Origin: Nymphaea colorata
Taxonomy: Eukaryota
Reading direction: 5' to 3'
DNA length: 64,000 nucleotides
NCBI RefSeq assembly: GCF_008831285.2
Contig: NC_045138.2
Span: 38,130,001 to 38,194,000 of the forward strand
Position numbers and translations under genes: made by a program
In this document: positions 15,093-26,823 of the stretch, one piece after another
Layout of the letters: each line of letters starts with the position of its first letter
Numbering within the stretch: the first letter of the stretch is position 1
The notes under the pieces: model-generated
The model's database searches: none
Seen by the model: only the letters and a program-made list of their open reading frames with translations
Told to the model about the DNA's origin: nothing

Positions 15093-16447
15093 GAGAGAGA
15101 GAGAGACTGACAATGGGGTCAGTGGTGGGGCCCCAGACATCCCGGATCCAAGAAGTGAATGGAAAGTTGAATCTCTCACATAAATCACTCCATTCGTCTT
15201 CCTAAAGAGAAGTCTAGTCTAGTTTTTCAAACCCAAGTTCATGGCTGCATGTTATGTTGTGAGGGGAGAGTCCCCACAGATTGAGAGAGAGAAATAATTG
15301 ATTTTGCACAAACTTTTGAGTAGTTCAATTACTATGCCGGTTGAGCACATATGTAGACTCGCCCCCCTATAACACAGGATTGTGTTTCGGTCACGATGGA
15401 GCCCACTTACCTTGGAAACGCTCTGTTACTCGACCACCGGAGGTGATGACCAGGTGGTAGGAGGGAGATGAAGGGTTTCAGGTTGAACTTTGAAGATCTT
15501 GAATCAAGTTTCAGTTCTGCTATTCATTTGCCTCGTCCTGACCCCTAAGCTTGGTGGTTCTGGCGCCAAACTTCAATTGAAATTGAGAAGTAAGCAACTT
15601 TTCGGCAGCTTCTCTTTTGATACTCCACCTGAATAGTAAGCTCGATCGTCGTATTACCACTACCTTTAAGCTTTTCGTTTTCTGTTTTTGGACTCTAATC
15701 CATATGCGACACAGGTAGCCTGCAATTTGGTAACTCACCTAAAATGGAAGCCACCAAAAGCCAAAAGAAAGTGGCGCATGAAAGCCAGCACCAGCAGCAT
15801 CATTGGGAATGCGTGCAAGCAAGGGGAGTAGATTCAGTAGAACGAACAAAGGGACAGAGGTTTAGATCAAGATTCAAGTGGTTTAAGCAACCCAAGTATG
15901 CCAGCATTCATGCCGAAGCGGATAGGATTGGCCATACGTAGCCCGTGCTGTACATGAGCGGCCATGCCCGACCACGTGGCTCCTCATCAAGGAATTTTTA
16001 TTAGGTGGGGCCAAAAATTTCAGGGTGGTCCATCAGATCTTAAGATTAATTTAAAACAAAGAAAAATCTAGAGAGCGTGATGAACATTTAAGAGGGAGAG
16101 CTCGAGACAAATCTCAACAAATAAATCATCAATGACATGGGATACAAGGCGGATAAAATGGAATTAAACAAGCAAAGAGACAAACTCTCGTTATCACAAA
16201 GAACAGGGCTTACCAACTTTCTCCTTATAGACTGCCACTATATATGTATTTAAACACGTATATGAAAAAAATCAAAGTAAAATATCCGAATAAAATATTC
16301 AACCTTCCCCCTCAAGCCCCCTTGGCCTCTATGATGATTGAGACCCTTCATCTCTTTGATGAATAATCACAAGATCTGACGGAGAGAGAGGTGGAGGTCA
16401 GGTGGGGGAGAGAGAAGGGCGAAAAAGAAAGAAATGAGGGGAGTTAA

Positions 16448-17917
16448 CTAATTCCTGCAATGGGAAGGAGCGAAACCCAACTTGGCATTCAAGAGATCGT
16501 ACTCCCACACGTAGTGTTGCTGAAGGATGTTGCCGATCACGGACAGCCCCGGGAACGACCCCGGGACGATCCCCACGCACCGGACGTTCCTCGCCACCGC
16601 GACGATGTAGCCTCCGGTATGGGGAATGAAGCGGGCCCCACCGCCCAGATGTATCACCATTCTGGGCCCCATCATGTTGGTCTCCCTCGCCGTTAGCCCG
16701 GTCGTGTTGAAGCACAGCTGGAACGGCGCGAGCTGGAACGTCTCCGAATTACGAAAGTACCACTGAAATGCGGCCATCACTACGTCGTATGCCGGCCTGA
16801 CCAGCGTCGTCAGGGTCATGCCCGAGTCGATTATGACTCCATTGCTGGCCGAGCCGCCGGAGAACTGGAACTTCCAGACGAGCTCGGGTATCGGCAGCCA
16901 CGAGCCGTCCACCGAGATGCCCCTGACGACGAGGCCGTAGAACGGCTGGATGGACGCGTCGAGGACCAGCGGCGTGAACCGGACGTCGTCCCTCTGGTTC
17001 GAGAACCGAGGGTTTTGGCCGAACACGAGGTAGTTGTGGACGTCCCTGCGGCTGAGATGGTCCACCAGGCAGTAGGAGAATTTTCCGCCGTAGATCTTCG
17101 CGGCCGTGACCGCGAAGGATACTGCGCTCTGCCCCAGCCCGAGGACGCCGTCGCTGCGGTTGAAGCTCTTGCCCTGGAACTCCGAGCTGCAACCGATCAG
17201 GACGTCTCGGATTTCCGACACGATCCCGTCGGGAGTCGGGGCGCTCACCGTCTCATTAGCGTAGATCCCGCGCGTGAACGATCCGTCGACGTACTGGAAG
17301 TCGTAGTGGCAGGGGCTCTCCGTAGTCGGGCAAGAGGCGAGCGTGAACGGCAGCACGCTCTTGCACATGTCGGAGGAGCAGGGGATAGGGACGAACGACC
17401 CCGAACCGACGGCCGGGAAGGAGAGAAATCCCCCCGGGCGAAGCTGTTCGTCGGACGCGCACTTCGTCCACGTCAGGTCGCTCCCTGTATCGGCGACCAG
17501 AAGGTACTCCCTCGCCGGAGTTCCAACCCGAAGTTTGACGAAGTACTCGCCAACCCCGACATAAGCGCCGGACGAAATCGGCGCCTCGAAGGATCTCTCT
17601 GCCGCGAGACCGGATTCGATCTCAGCGGCTTTCCGTCGACTAGGAGATATCATATTATACATCCTCCTCTGCCGGAGCAGGTCCCGCTCGGTAAGCTCCC
17701 TTAGGTACTGCAGCATCGCTTCCTCATCGTCGTGGTGTCCGGCCGGCTGCCGGAATTCCAGCTCATTGCGGTGGAATAGGCGCAAGTGCATTGTCTGTCC
17801 ATCCTCCCAGGAAGCCGCAAATGACAGCGCCGGAACGCCAAGAAAAAAGGCGGTTATCCACAGAAAGCGTCCAACAGCAAGAACAAATCGAAGAACTTCC
17901 CCATTTCTCGACTCCAT
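16448..17917 (-). CDS. Intronless A1-family (nepenthesin/NANA-like) aspartic protease
   Basis: GC-rich ORF, first ATG at 17917, hydrophobic signal-like N-terminus, GEYFVKLRVGTP, catalytic VADTGSDLTW, Cys-rich insert, DGVLGLG, KFSYCLVDHLS, second motif IIDSGMT, and SVIGNILQQ...EYDL...LGFAPSHC C-terminus. Confidence 0.93.
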   Translation of the reverse strand: MESRNGEVLRFVLAVGRFLWITAFFLGVPALSFAASWEDGQTMHLRLFHRNELEFRQPAGHHDDEEAMLQYLRELTERDLLRQRRMYNMISPSRRKAAEIESGLAAERSFEAPISSGAYVGVGEYFVKLRVGTPAREYLLVADTGSDLTWTKCASDEQLRPGGFLSFPAVGSGSFVPIPCSSDMCKSVLPFTLASCPTTESPCHYDFQYVDGSFTRGIYANETVSAPTPDGIVSEIRDVLIGCSSEFQGKSFNRSDGVLGLGQSAVSFAVTAAKIYGGKFSYCLVDHLSRRDVHNYLVFGQNPRFSNQRDDVRFTPLVLDASIQPFYGLVVRGISVDGSWLPIPELVWKFQFSGGSASNGVIIDSGMTLTTLVRPAYDVVMAAFQWYFRNSETFQLAPFQLCFNTTGLTARETNMMGPRMVIHLGGGARFIPHTGGYIVAVARNVRCVGIVPGSFPGLSVIGNILQQHYVWEYDLLNAKLGFAPSHCRN

Positions 17918-19916
17918 GGCAAGCAACGATGGGAGAGACAGAGAGGACGCGCGGTTGTAGAGATTACGGAGACGGAGAGAATAAGGAATGAAGCCGAGGC
18001 ATCATACGGAGGGATGGGTTTCTGCGGTCGACGTCCTCCTCTTTTTTTGGGTCGAGAAATGGGAAAAACGCGGTGGCGGGAAATGAACGGAAGCGAAGAA
18101 AGGTTTTCCGAGCGAATTTGTAGTCGGAGAAAGGGAGACCCCCGCTCGCTTCCGTCCATCATATTTATTACCGCATTTATTTATTAATGGACTTTACGGC
18201 GAATTTATTATTTCCGGACGGGTCGGGTTGTGCTCAGGTTTGTTTTCTTCCCTCTTTACAATTCTCTCCCCTTTCTAAATCTGAAAGGAACCGATTATCT
18301 GACACTGCCTAAATTACCTAAACACCCTCGCGCAGATTTTGGATTTTGGCGGCACTGCCCTTTGACTTTGTTGACTTCGCGGATGTTGCATGGCTCGAGC
18401 TAGGGTTGGTCCGGTCAACGTGCTAGAGGCTGGGTGGGCTGATCCATAGCGAAGGAGCCGTCTCCGCTTGTGGGTTAATTCCTCTTTTCATGGTAAGAAC
18501 ATGAAGTGAATTTTCATTAATTTCTTGTTTGGTTATATTTTATGTGTGTGCATTTCAAATGTGCAAGCAAACAGGTTTTTGACTTGCAAGCTTCGTTCCC
18601 AAACGCGTTGTGTTGTCCAGCCAGAACGCCAGTTAATGAGACGAAAACGCTCGGAAATCAAATCAGAAGCTTTTCTTTTTGTCTAAGCAAGACCCAACTG
18701 GAGTCCTTTCAATAAGGAGCGAACCGCGTCCACTGCATTATGCAACCATTAGGTTTTAAAAAAGAGTCTCAAATAAATAAAGGTGTTTGATTGGGAGTAT
18801 GTCAGCATGCTGTTGACAACGGATCAATATTCGAATTAGGTATATTCTTTACTATATCTAATTTATCCGATGTTCACATTCTTGGATTCAAATTCGGGTT
18901 CAAACATCAACAAGTAAAAGTCTGTATCGTATAATCGGGATAAGGTTCTTAAATTCCGACTTCGAATCCAACCTGAACTCGATTTTTTGTTTTCAAATCC
19001 TAATCCAAATTCATCCGCTTGTGAAGAATAAGCTTTCAAAAAATATATGGATACTAAATATAAGGTAGTTACTTGAAACGGTATTCGGATTCAATCTCGT
19101 GTCTAACTCAAAACCAAATCTGTGTCCAATGGGATGTGATTTCTTAAATGTGAATCCAGTTTCAATTTCTTAATTATCAGTTTTTTTTTTTTTAAAACCA
19201 TGTTTCGGCTTGTTATCAATCCACAGATACCAATACAAAAATAAACAAGCACTCAAAACAAGTACATGTTTTAGCATCATTGACAAACTCTTCATCAATT
19301 CTCGATTCATTTCAATATAGACGACAATTCAACTAACTCCATTAACTAAAGTAGAAGATTCTACTGAATAGAATTCAATTATATATATACATACACACAC
19401 GCACTACAAAAAAAAAAAAAAAAGGGACTCTGAAATGAAATGAGTGGTTGCAATAACAAAATTTTGATTTAATTGAAATCGGCATAGGTTCAGACTTCTT
19501 TCATTTAAACATACTTTCCATTATGTCATTAAAATATTAGCTGATGTTGAGCCATTGGAAAGATATTATGATTTTTAAACTAAGGTTTGGTACGACCCCC
19601 AAGGGGTTTGCTCCGTAAGGCAGAGCCGATTAACTTTTGAGACCTCAATGGGATGTCGCGACCTCGAAACTCCTGGAGCAAGTCGTAGTGCTAAATGCGT
19701 GAACGCATAAAAGGCAAAAACTTGGTTGGCCCATTTATACGGCGTCAGAACAGTTCTGGACAAACATGTTAGTGTTCCGTTTTGATCTAAGAACTGTTGA
19801 CGTCATAATTGGCCAGAAGTGAATCAAATCGTTTTTGATTCACCTGCCAGGCAGAGGCGCCTCGTCTTGTAATTTATCCATTTTTTATTATCCTAATTGG
19901 TAAAAACGAGATACTA

Positions 19917-20524
19917 GGTCAGAGATAAAAACCAGACCCATTGATTTTTTTTTTTCAAAAACTGTTTTAAATACAATATAAACATCTGATTATTTTGATA
20001 TAAAACATATTTTGATTCAAGTTGTTTCAATGGAAAATGTTGATTTTTGTATTATCATGCATGCCATGAGGGTCGTTCATTTTTTCTTATTATAAAAACA
20101 TAATTCAACTCTAGCAAATGATCAACTTAATATATATTTTGCATCAACCCATTCTTAAATTCACATCAATAAGGTTGGATCGTAAGAAAAACAAAAAACA
20201 AAAAATATTAAAAAATTAAAATGAAAAGGCTCTAACTTATGTGTCGGTTTTTACCAACTTATATATATATATAAGATGCTTAGGTCAAGAATAAAAACCT
20301 GATCCTTTATTTTTTTTTGTTAAAAAGATTATTTTAATAAAATGTGAACATCCTAATATATTGTGAACACTTTAAAAAACAAGCTTTAAATCATTTTTTT
20401 AATGAAAAATGTTGAATTTTCTATTATCAAAATGCTAATGCTATGGGAGCCATTGATTTTTGCTTATTATAAAAACACTGTTAAAACCCAAAAAATAATC
20501 AACTTAATATATATTTTGCATCAA
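19917..20524. repeat. Degenerate direct repeat pair, about 230-240 bp, period about 370 bp
   Basis: 19917-20146 and 20283-20524 share GGTCA.GA.TAAAAACC...CTTATTATAAAAACA...ATCAACTTAATATATATTTTGCATCAA. A related fragment lies near 56545-56610. Confidence 0.55.
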
Positions 20525-21447
20525 AATCATATTGGTAAGGTTAACTGTACATTTTAAAGTTTTCCTATGTTTAAGCAATGCTTTATCATTAGTTTTTAGA
20601 TGTATATGTGACCAGCTATCAGATGATAGAGATAAAGGTCCATAGGATCAGCAAAGAAATCGTTTGAGACCATCAGTGTGATTTTTTCCTTCTTATCCTA
20701 GAGATACAATCTGCATTTTTTCCGATTAGACTGGAATATTTGAGCTCATACATATATTGTGGAAACTAAAAATTCTCCTTCGTGTAACTGTGCTTTACTT
20801 GAGGTTGTTTCTCGAGTGATGATAGGGAGAATTTCTGGTTTCTATATTGAAAACTTGATGGTGTGATGTAGCTGTTGGGCTGACGCTGTCAGTTGAATTC
20901 CCTTTAGGGGTGCGGTACACTCTTCAACCAACATGACGCCAATTGCTTCTGGATTTTACTTCAGAAGTACAAAACTGATAAAATGTCGTTAGTCCCAATG
21001 ATAATTTCAAAAAAGGTTGTTTAATTTTCATCGTTGATGGAAGTTGAAGATTGTTTTTAGCTTTTGCATTTATTTTTTCTTGTCGAAAAAGCCATGTGTA
21101 TGGATTGGTACCACCACATCCTAATTTTTTTGGGCAGAAGTTCCCCGGCACATTCTAACTTTTGGATTTGTTTGTCCCAACCAAAATTAGAAGCTTGTTA
21201 TGCGTAATTGTATTATTAATTACATATGAATCTTCATGAAGAGTCCCAAGAATCGAAATCAAACCCCATGTCATTGTCATATTGTGGCGATGATAAAGAG
21301 GGAGAGATGGTCGGAAATGGGTGTCCCTTTCCTATAGTCTCTCTCTGGTTGGATCGTTCATCGTTTTGTAGATCACCTTTGGGACGGGCGTCTCTCTCTC
21401 TTGCCCCCTTCTTTTCCAACCAAGCCGCGAGAGAGAGACAGAGAGCG

Positions 21448-23972
21448 ATGCTGGAGTTCTTCCTTCTGGGGTGCACCGGGGTGGTGGTGTTCCTCCACGG
21501 TGCCAATTTCCTCTTCCACTACATCTCCAACCACGTCGCTGTCCGTTCGCTCAGGTGATTCGTATATTGCTTTTCTTCGAATTTTCTTTCGATTCCATGT
21601 TTTCTTTTTGGAGTTCTTATTTGTGCTGGTGGAAGAATTGGGATTACTTCCATTATAAACACGTATTAATAGCATTTGAAATCTATCTTTTATGAGAATA
21701 GCTTGAAGGGGATTAACAAAGTTGGTTTCTGCTTTCCGGTGTATTTCCTTCGTTCACTCGTTTTCTTAGTCTTGGTACTATGGGTTTTTTTGCTGATCAT
21801 GAGTTTTGCTTGCTTTTGTGATGGATCTATGTGGAGTTTTGAGATTTTCCCTGAACTGTTCGGGAATTTCTGTTTTTTGCAGTTTGTGGGTTTTATTATA
21901 CCTACATTTTGAAGACTTTGTGGTTGTTGATTCATTGATATTGTTCTCGTGGTATTGATAATTTCCTTTTTATTTTTGTTGTTGAAGTTCTTTTCCCCTG
22001 TTTTTCTGGTAGAATTGAGGGGATTGCACTAAGAAATGTTTGGGCCTACAACTATTTGCTCATTTGAGGTTTACGGCTAACATAGAACTGCTTTTTTGTT
22101 GTATCATGCATTTTTATTCACTTTACTGTTGTTAAATATCAGCTTCAAGGGAATTTGTATTGGATGGACTCTATATCAATTGGGTGGACTTTCTTTAGGG
22201 CACCAAGCATCCGAAGAAAGAAAATTTGAGAAATTACTTTCTTTATTCTTTTATATTAAATTTTTAGATGAGGCTAGGCTGGCCTCCAGTCGTAAATGGT
22301 GGTGTTGGTTAAGTTCATGTCTGCTGGAGTTCACTTAGTCTGCAATATTTAATGACAATTATCGCCTTTCTTGCATATTGTTGTTAATTTTGAGTAACTA
22401 CAACGTATTCATTCATTGTTCTTTGTCTCTGGCTTGTTTGATTCATGCCAAGTTAGATTTCACTAGAGCAACTTTTAGTTGAAATTCTGGATCGAATTGC
22501 TGAACCAGTGACAACCGTTTGGAGAAGTTGGGCACTGTATTTCGTGGTAGTTAGCTTGGTACTTGAACTTCATTCCTGTCTATCGTTCTATTCTATAATA
22601 AAACTCAACTTGCTATCCTGGTTTAGTCTGTGAAAGACTGCAGCTATTGTAACATTTCTGGCGGAAAGCACACATAACAGCTCCATTGAAGACGATGGAT
22701 TTGTGGTGACCTGTTGTCCGGCTAGGAGTTAGAATTTCTTTTTATCATGGTCCCTGTGGTTGCCACGGCTATGTCTGAGGCTGTTGATTCTGGTATCAAT
22801 CAAATTCCATCCTTCAAGGCTACCGAAGCTAGATGTTCAACTCTTTTGATTTTTGTTTTGAACGAGTTCAACGGAAGACCAGATTTGAAACTTCTTGAGA
22901 CTAGGGGGAAAGCAGGTTGCACTTTTACCTCTCGACTCTCTGACCCCAAGGTGTATACCTGTAGCTTCATCTTGTGCAAGATAGGAATTGAGTCATGAGT
23001 TTCTGCATGACTGCCAAAGCTTGCCTCACTATACCATTATTTAGTCTAGCAGATCTGTTACAGGATCAATTCGGATTGGCTTTGGTCTGCTTGGAAAATG
23101 TGGCTTGGGGAACTATATGTGGAGCAATTCAGCATGAATTTATACTTGTTTCAAAATGTAATGTTGGTTTTCATTGAACCCATATAAACCCATACCTAGA
23201 ACTCCCATCAAGATAAAAATGGAACCTCCTGCAGTGTATAAAATGAACTTTGTAGCTGATTACAGACTTTTCTTTCCTCCTCACATGGTTTCAATGCCAA
23301 TGAAGACTTCATGTACTAATTTTTCTCTTAAGCAGACAAACTGTATCTAGTGAATCACTGTCGGAAAATTCATCTATGATCTCTGTAATTGTTGGTGTTT
23401 TCATTGTGGACAACATCAATTCATTTGGTCGGTTTATCTGAAATTGTGCATTTTAAAACTTAGAAGCACTTCCGATTTGATTGTTTACCTCCTCCTTTTA
23501 GAGGGCAGGGGCAGCAAGCAAGAGTTGTTTTAGCTACATCACCAATAATGAGAACAGATAAGTTGTGCAAAAACAGTCAGTGAACTGCTGTCCTTTCTGT
23601 TGCTACTGGTTTTGGGTAGCATTTTCTTCTCTAATACAAAGTAGCTCTACAATTTCAGGTGAACTAAATTTCCTTCCCCTGTTTTTGTATCCATCATGAC
23701 GGTGGCCTTACTGATGGTTGGTCTGTTGTATTGGGTGGTATGTTAAAAACTTAAATAAAGTCACTGATAATCCAAGTCTGTTACCAAGTTACAGTAGGCG
23801 TTGTCAAGGCTGTGCTAAAAGTGTTTACTGAGTACAAGGTCCAGCTCTATCACCCTGTTTGTAGTATGACGGCTCCCATGTGCATCACCCCTGTTAGTGG
23901 AGTTCCTTCTCTTGGTCACATGTTTGTGTTGTTTCATCTTGTTGCAGTTTCCTCGGTTTTGTTGGATGGTAG
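21448..23972 (+). CDS. Two-exon 43-aa hydrophobic microprotein [43 protein letters not shown]
   Basis: Exon 1 21448-21554: ATG in good context (GCGATG), GC3-rich codons, donor AG|GTGATT. Exon 2 23948-23972 follows a T-rich tract and TTGCAG acceptor. The phase-2 join gives AGT(S)-FLGFVGW-TAG. The intron is about 2.4 kb and T-rich. Confidence 0.72.
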
Positions 23973-24945
23973 CTGATGCCGTTTGGATGGTAGCTGATGC
24001 CGTTCGGCACTTTGGAAGAGGCTGCTTGCCTGATGTGGACTGTACAGTGCTTTAGAATAAAAAGAAGGGAATTAGTGGAATAAGTCGATGCTGATGCCGA
24101 TGCCGATGCCAATTTTAGGTTTTGGCATAACTTTGTACATCTTTTAACTGATATTTACTATAATAAGTCTCTCTCTCTCTTTCTCTCTGTGGTAGATTCA
24201 GAAGAGCTGGTTATTTACTTCAACTGTCTTTGCGGGCAAAAAAGAAGGGTGGGTAGGCTCATCGGCGGTGTTCCATTCCATATGGATATTTTCTGTCTAC
24301 TGCTGCAACATTTTGTGGAGGCCGAAGAGAAATGTGTTGAAGGACGACCGCTTTTCTTTTGGGGCAAACGTATGTTAAAGACATTTTTTGTGAAAAAGAA
24401 TTTTCCAGGTCTTGAAGCAGGTTCAAGGGAAAAAAGGGGTTGAAGGACGCCTGGCTTCCCTTTCTCCCTCTCTCTTGCTCTCTGTCCTCAAGAGAAATGT
24501 AAACATATGCTTTCTATGTATATGATAACATAAAAGACATACGCTTTGGCATACTGTAGCAAAAGCGGCTGCATGTTTTATGCTAGCCTGATTAAACAGG
24601 TTGAGACTCACAGATAGGCTCTTGCACGACTGCAGAAGTGCGATTACAGAACAGGGCGGATACTCAGGCCCCATTAATGAAGGAGAATGAAGATTCAATT
24701 GCTATATCTTTTACTAAATCACGTTTATTATTCAAATGTTTATCACAATCACGTTTATTATTCAAATGTTTATCACTATATCATACGTATTGTACAAAAT
24801 ATGAATAAGCCTCAGCGTCTTTTTCTACGGCCAAACATATCAAACACGTTAGTAAATAGACAAACTGGAACCACATCAATGGACGTGTACGACATTCAAA
24901 CAGCTATTATAAAAATATCAGCCGGTTGTTGATAATTTACTGAGT

Positions 24946-24947
<2 letters not shown>

Positions 24948-25012
<65 letters not shown>

Positions 25013-25185
25013 CGTATGTATCTCAAAATATATCGTCCATCCTTATCTAATTGGATAATTGATCTCAAAATATCTCCAATATTCTATCCCCATATTATTC
25101 CTCTCTCTCTCTCTATATATATATATATATTGAGATCAATTATCCAATTAGATAAGGATGGACGATATATTTTGAGATACATACG

Positions 25186-25269
<84 letters not shown>

Positions 25270-25310
25270 CAGGAAAAGGCCATGCATCGGTAGAAAACAA
25301 GCTAATACTT

Positions 25311-25377
<67 letters not shown>

Positions 25378-25572
25378 TGAAAACAAAAGAAAGGTCTGCC
25401 TTGATCAAATTTCGTATCCTCATCATGACCAGTAAACTTTGAAATGATATGTCTATAGTACGTAAACTAATTAAAAGTTATTTCTGTGTGACGACGCAGG
25501 CTTTCGGGGTCTCCATTAACGAAAAATTTCCTTGTTTAATGAGTAACGTTCGGTCATAATTTAGTGGAAACA

Positions 25573-25608
<36 letters not shown>
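24948..25608. repeat. Cluster of long (TA)n microsatellites
   Basis: TA tracts at about 24948-25005, 25114-25130, 25197-25266, 25313-25375 and 25576-25609. Other SSRs: (CTT)n about 1372-1408, (TA)n 8117-8163, 15028-15090 and 36991-37051, (CT)n 26603-26646 and 55691-55766. Confidence 0.95.
25003..25195. repeat. Perfect ~66-bp inverted repeat with ~61-nt loop between (TA)n tracts
   Basis: 25003-25068 (TATGTATGTACGTATGTATCTCAAAATATATCGTCC...GATCTCAA) is the reverse complement of 25130-25195. Confidence 0.9.
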
Positions 25609-25613
<5 letters not shown>

Positions 25614-26020
25614 AAAGGACCTAACTTAGAGCTACTGCTTTTGCTCTCCGTGTACAAAGTTGGTCGCTTATAAATCATGTCCAGATTTTTATACTAGTCT
25701 TTCTTTTTCTATATTATTGCCTTTTGAAAAGGATAATAAATGGTTGTCTTCACATGCAGAAAAATGGATTGCTTTCGTTAATAGGTGCAGTTTGTTATTT
25801 AAATTTTCGGAAAATGACAAAAGTTGACGTTGTGGGGCTCATTATTTTCTTAGCAGAAACGAAATTTGCTCGAATTTATATTTTCAGCCCATGACGATTG
25901 GATCTGCTTTTCTGGACCTGCACCTGCCAGTTCTGGATGGTTAATTGGATATTGTTTCCTTAAATTCTCTGCGCCTATCCTAATTGGTGGATAGTTTATC
26001 CCTATCCTAACTCCTCTCCT

Positions 26021-26120
26021 TATATAAGATAGAAGGATCTCAGAGAGAGCGAGAAAGTTGTATAAAGCCTACGGTAGTCTCTATTTCTCAACGTCTGAGG
26101 AAGCGGCAACCGGTCAAGGT
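26021..26120 (+). promoter_or_regulatory. Putative TATA box, 5'UTR exon and intron donor of F-box copy 1
   Basis: TATATAA at 26021-26027, then a ~90-nt block ending AAG|GTGA (26119). The block is conserved upstream of the other copies (TATA at 40764-40770 and 47289-47295 on minus, 31173-31179 on plus). Confidence 0.55.
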
Positions 26121-26600
26121 GACGCCTTTTCTTATTTCTAATTGCTTGCATTGGTGCTTTCCTTTTCTATTACTCTACATTGCTTTGGAACCGAATGGTT
26201 ACTCATGAACAAACCTTTTCTTTTGATCCTTTTGCTGTCAAAATCATCCCCATACACACACAGACACAAAATCTAGATTCGATATTGTGTGTGTGTATAC
26301 ACACACATAAAGATTGTTTTGTTATTTCGAGGTGCGTTGAACTTGGCATAAAGAGATGTGGTTTTGGATATTCGAATCTTGAGATCTTAACAATAAAGGC
26401 CTCAAGACCAAACCCTTGGCCATTCAAGAAGGAACCGTATTTACTTCTAGAGACAGAATAAACTCATCCAAGAGTATCCGATGCAGTAGTTCAACACAGC
26501 AGATACAAGTAGATTCTTTCTATCCTTTTCTAGAAATCATTCATCCCCAAACATAATTTATATGTATGCATAAGTGTATACATGAGAATGAATTGATGCA

Positions 26601-26661
<61 letters not shown>

Positions 26662-26823
26662 GTCGTATTTTTTGTAACTCTCTCTAGTTACAAAAAATAC
26701 GACTAACAGATTATTTGTTTAATCAGACTCTGTACAAGATCATGAACTTGCAATTTTAAGTTAGTTCCTCAAGAGCAGGTCATCGCGACGAAGAAGGCCA
26801 AAGGGGAGGAAGCTGTAAAAGAA

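Noticed and set aside
9000..16300. Conserved MIRNA or other ncRNA in the long intergenic region
   Set aside because: No recognisable mature miRNA, tRNA or snoRNA sequence or long hairpin seen by eye.
16398..17991. Many overlapping alternative-frame and antisense ORFs
   Set aside because: Shadows of the GC-rich protease CDS.
25004..25435. YIYIYI-rich ORFs
   Set aside because: Translations of (TA)n tracts.
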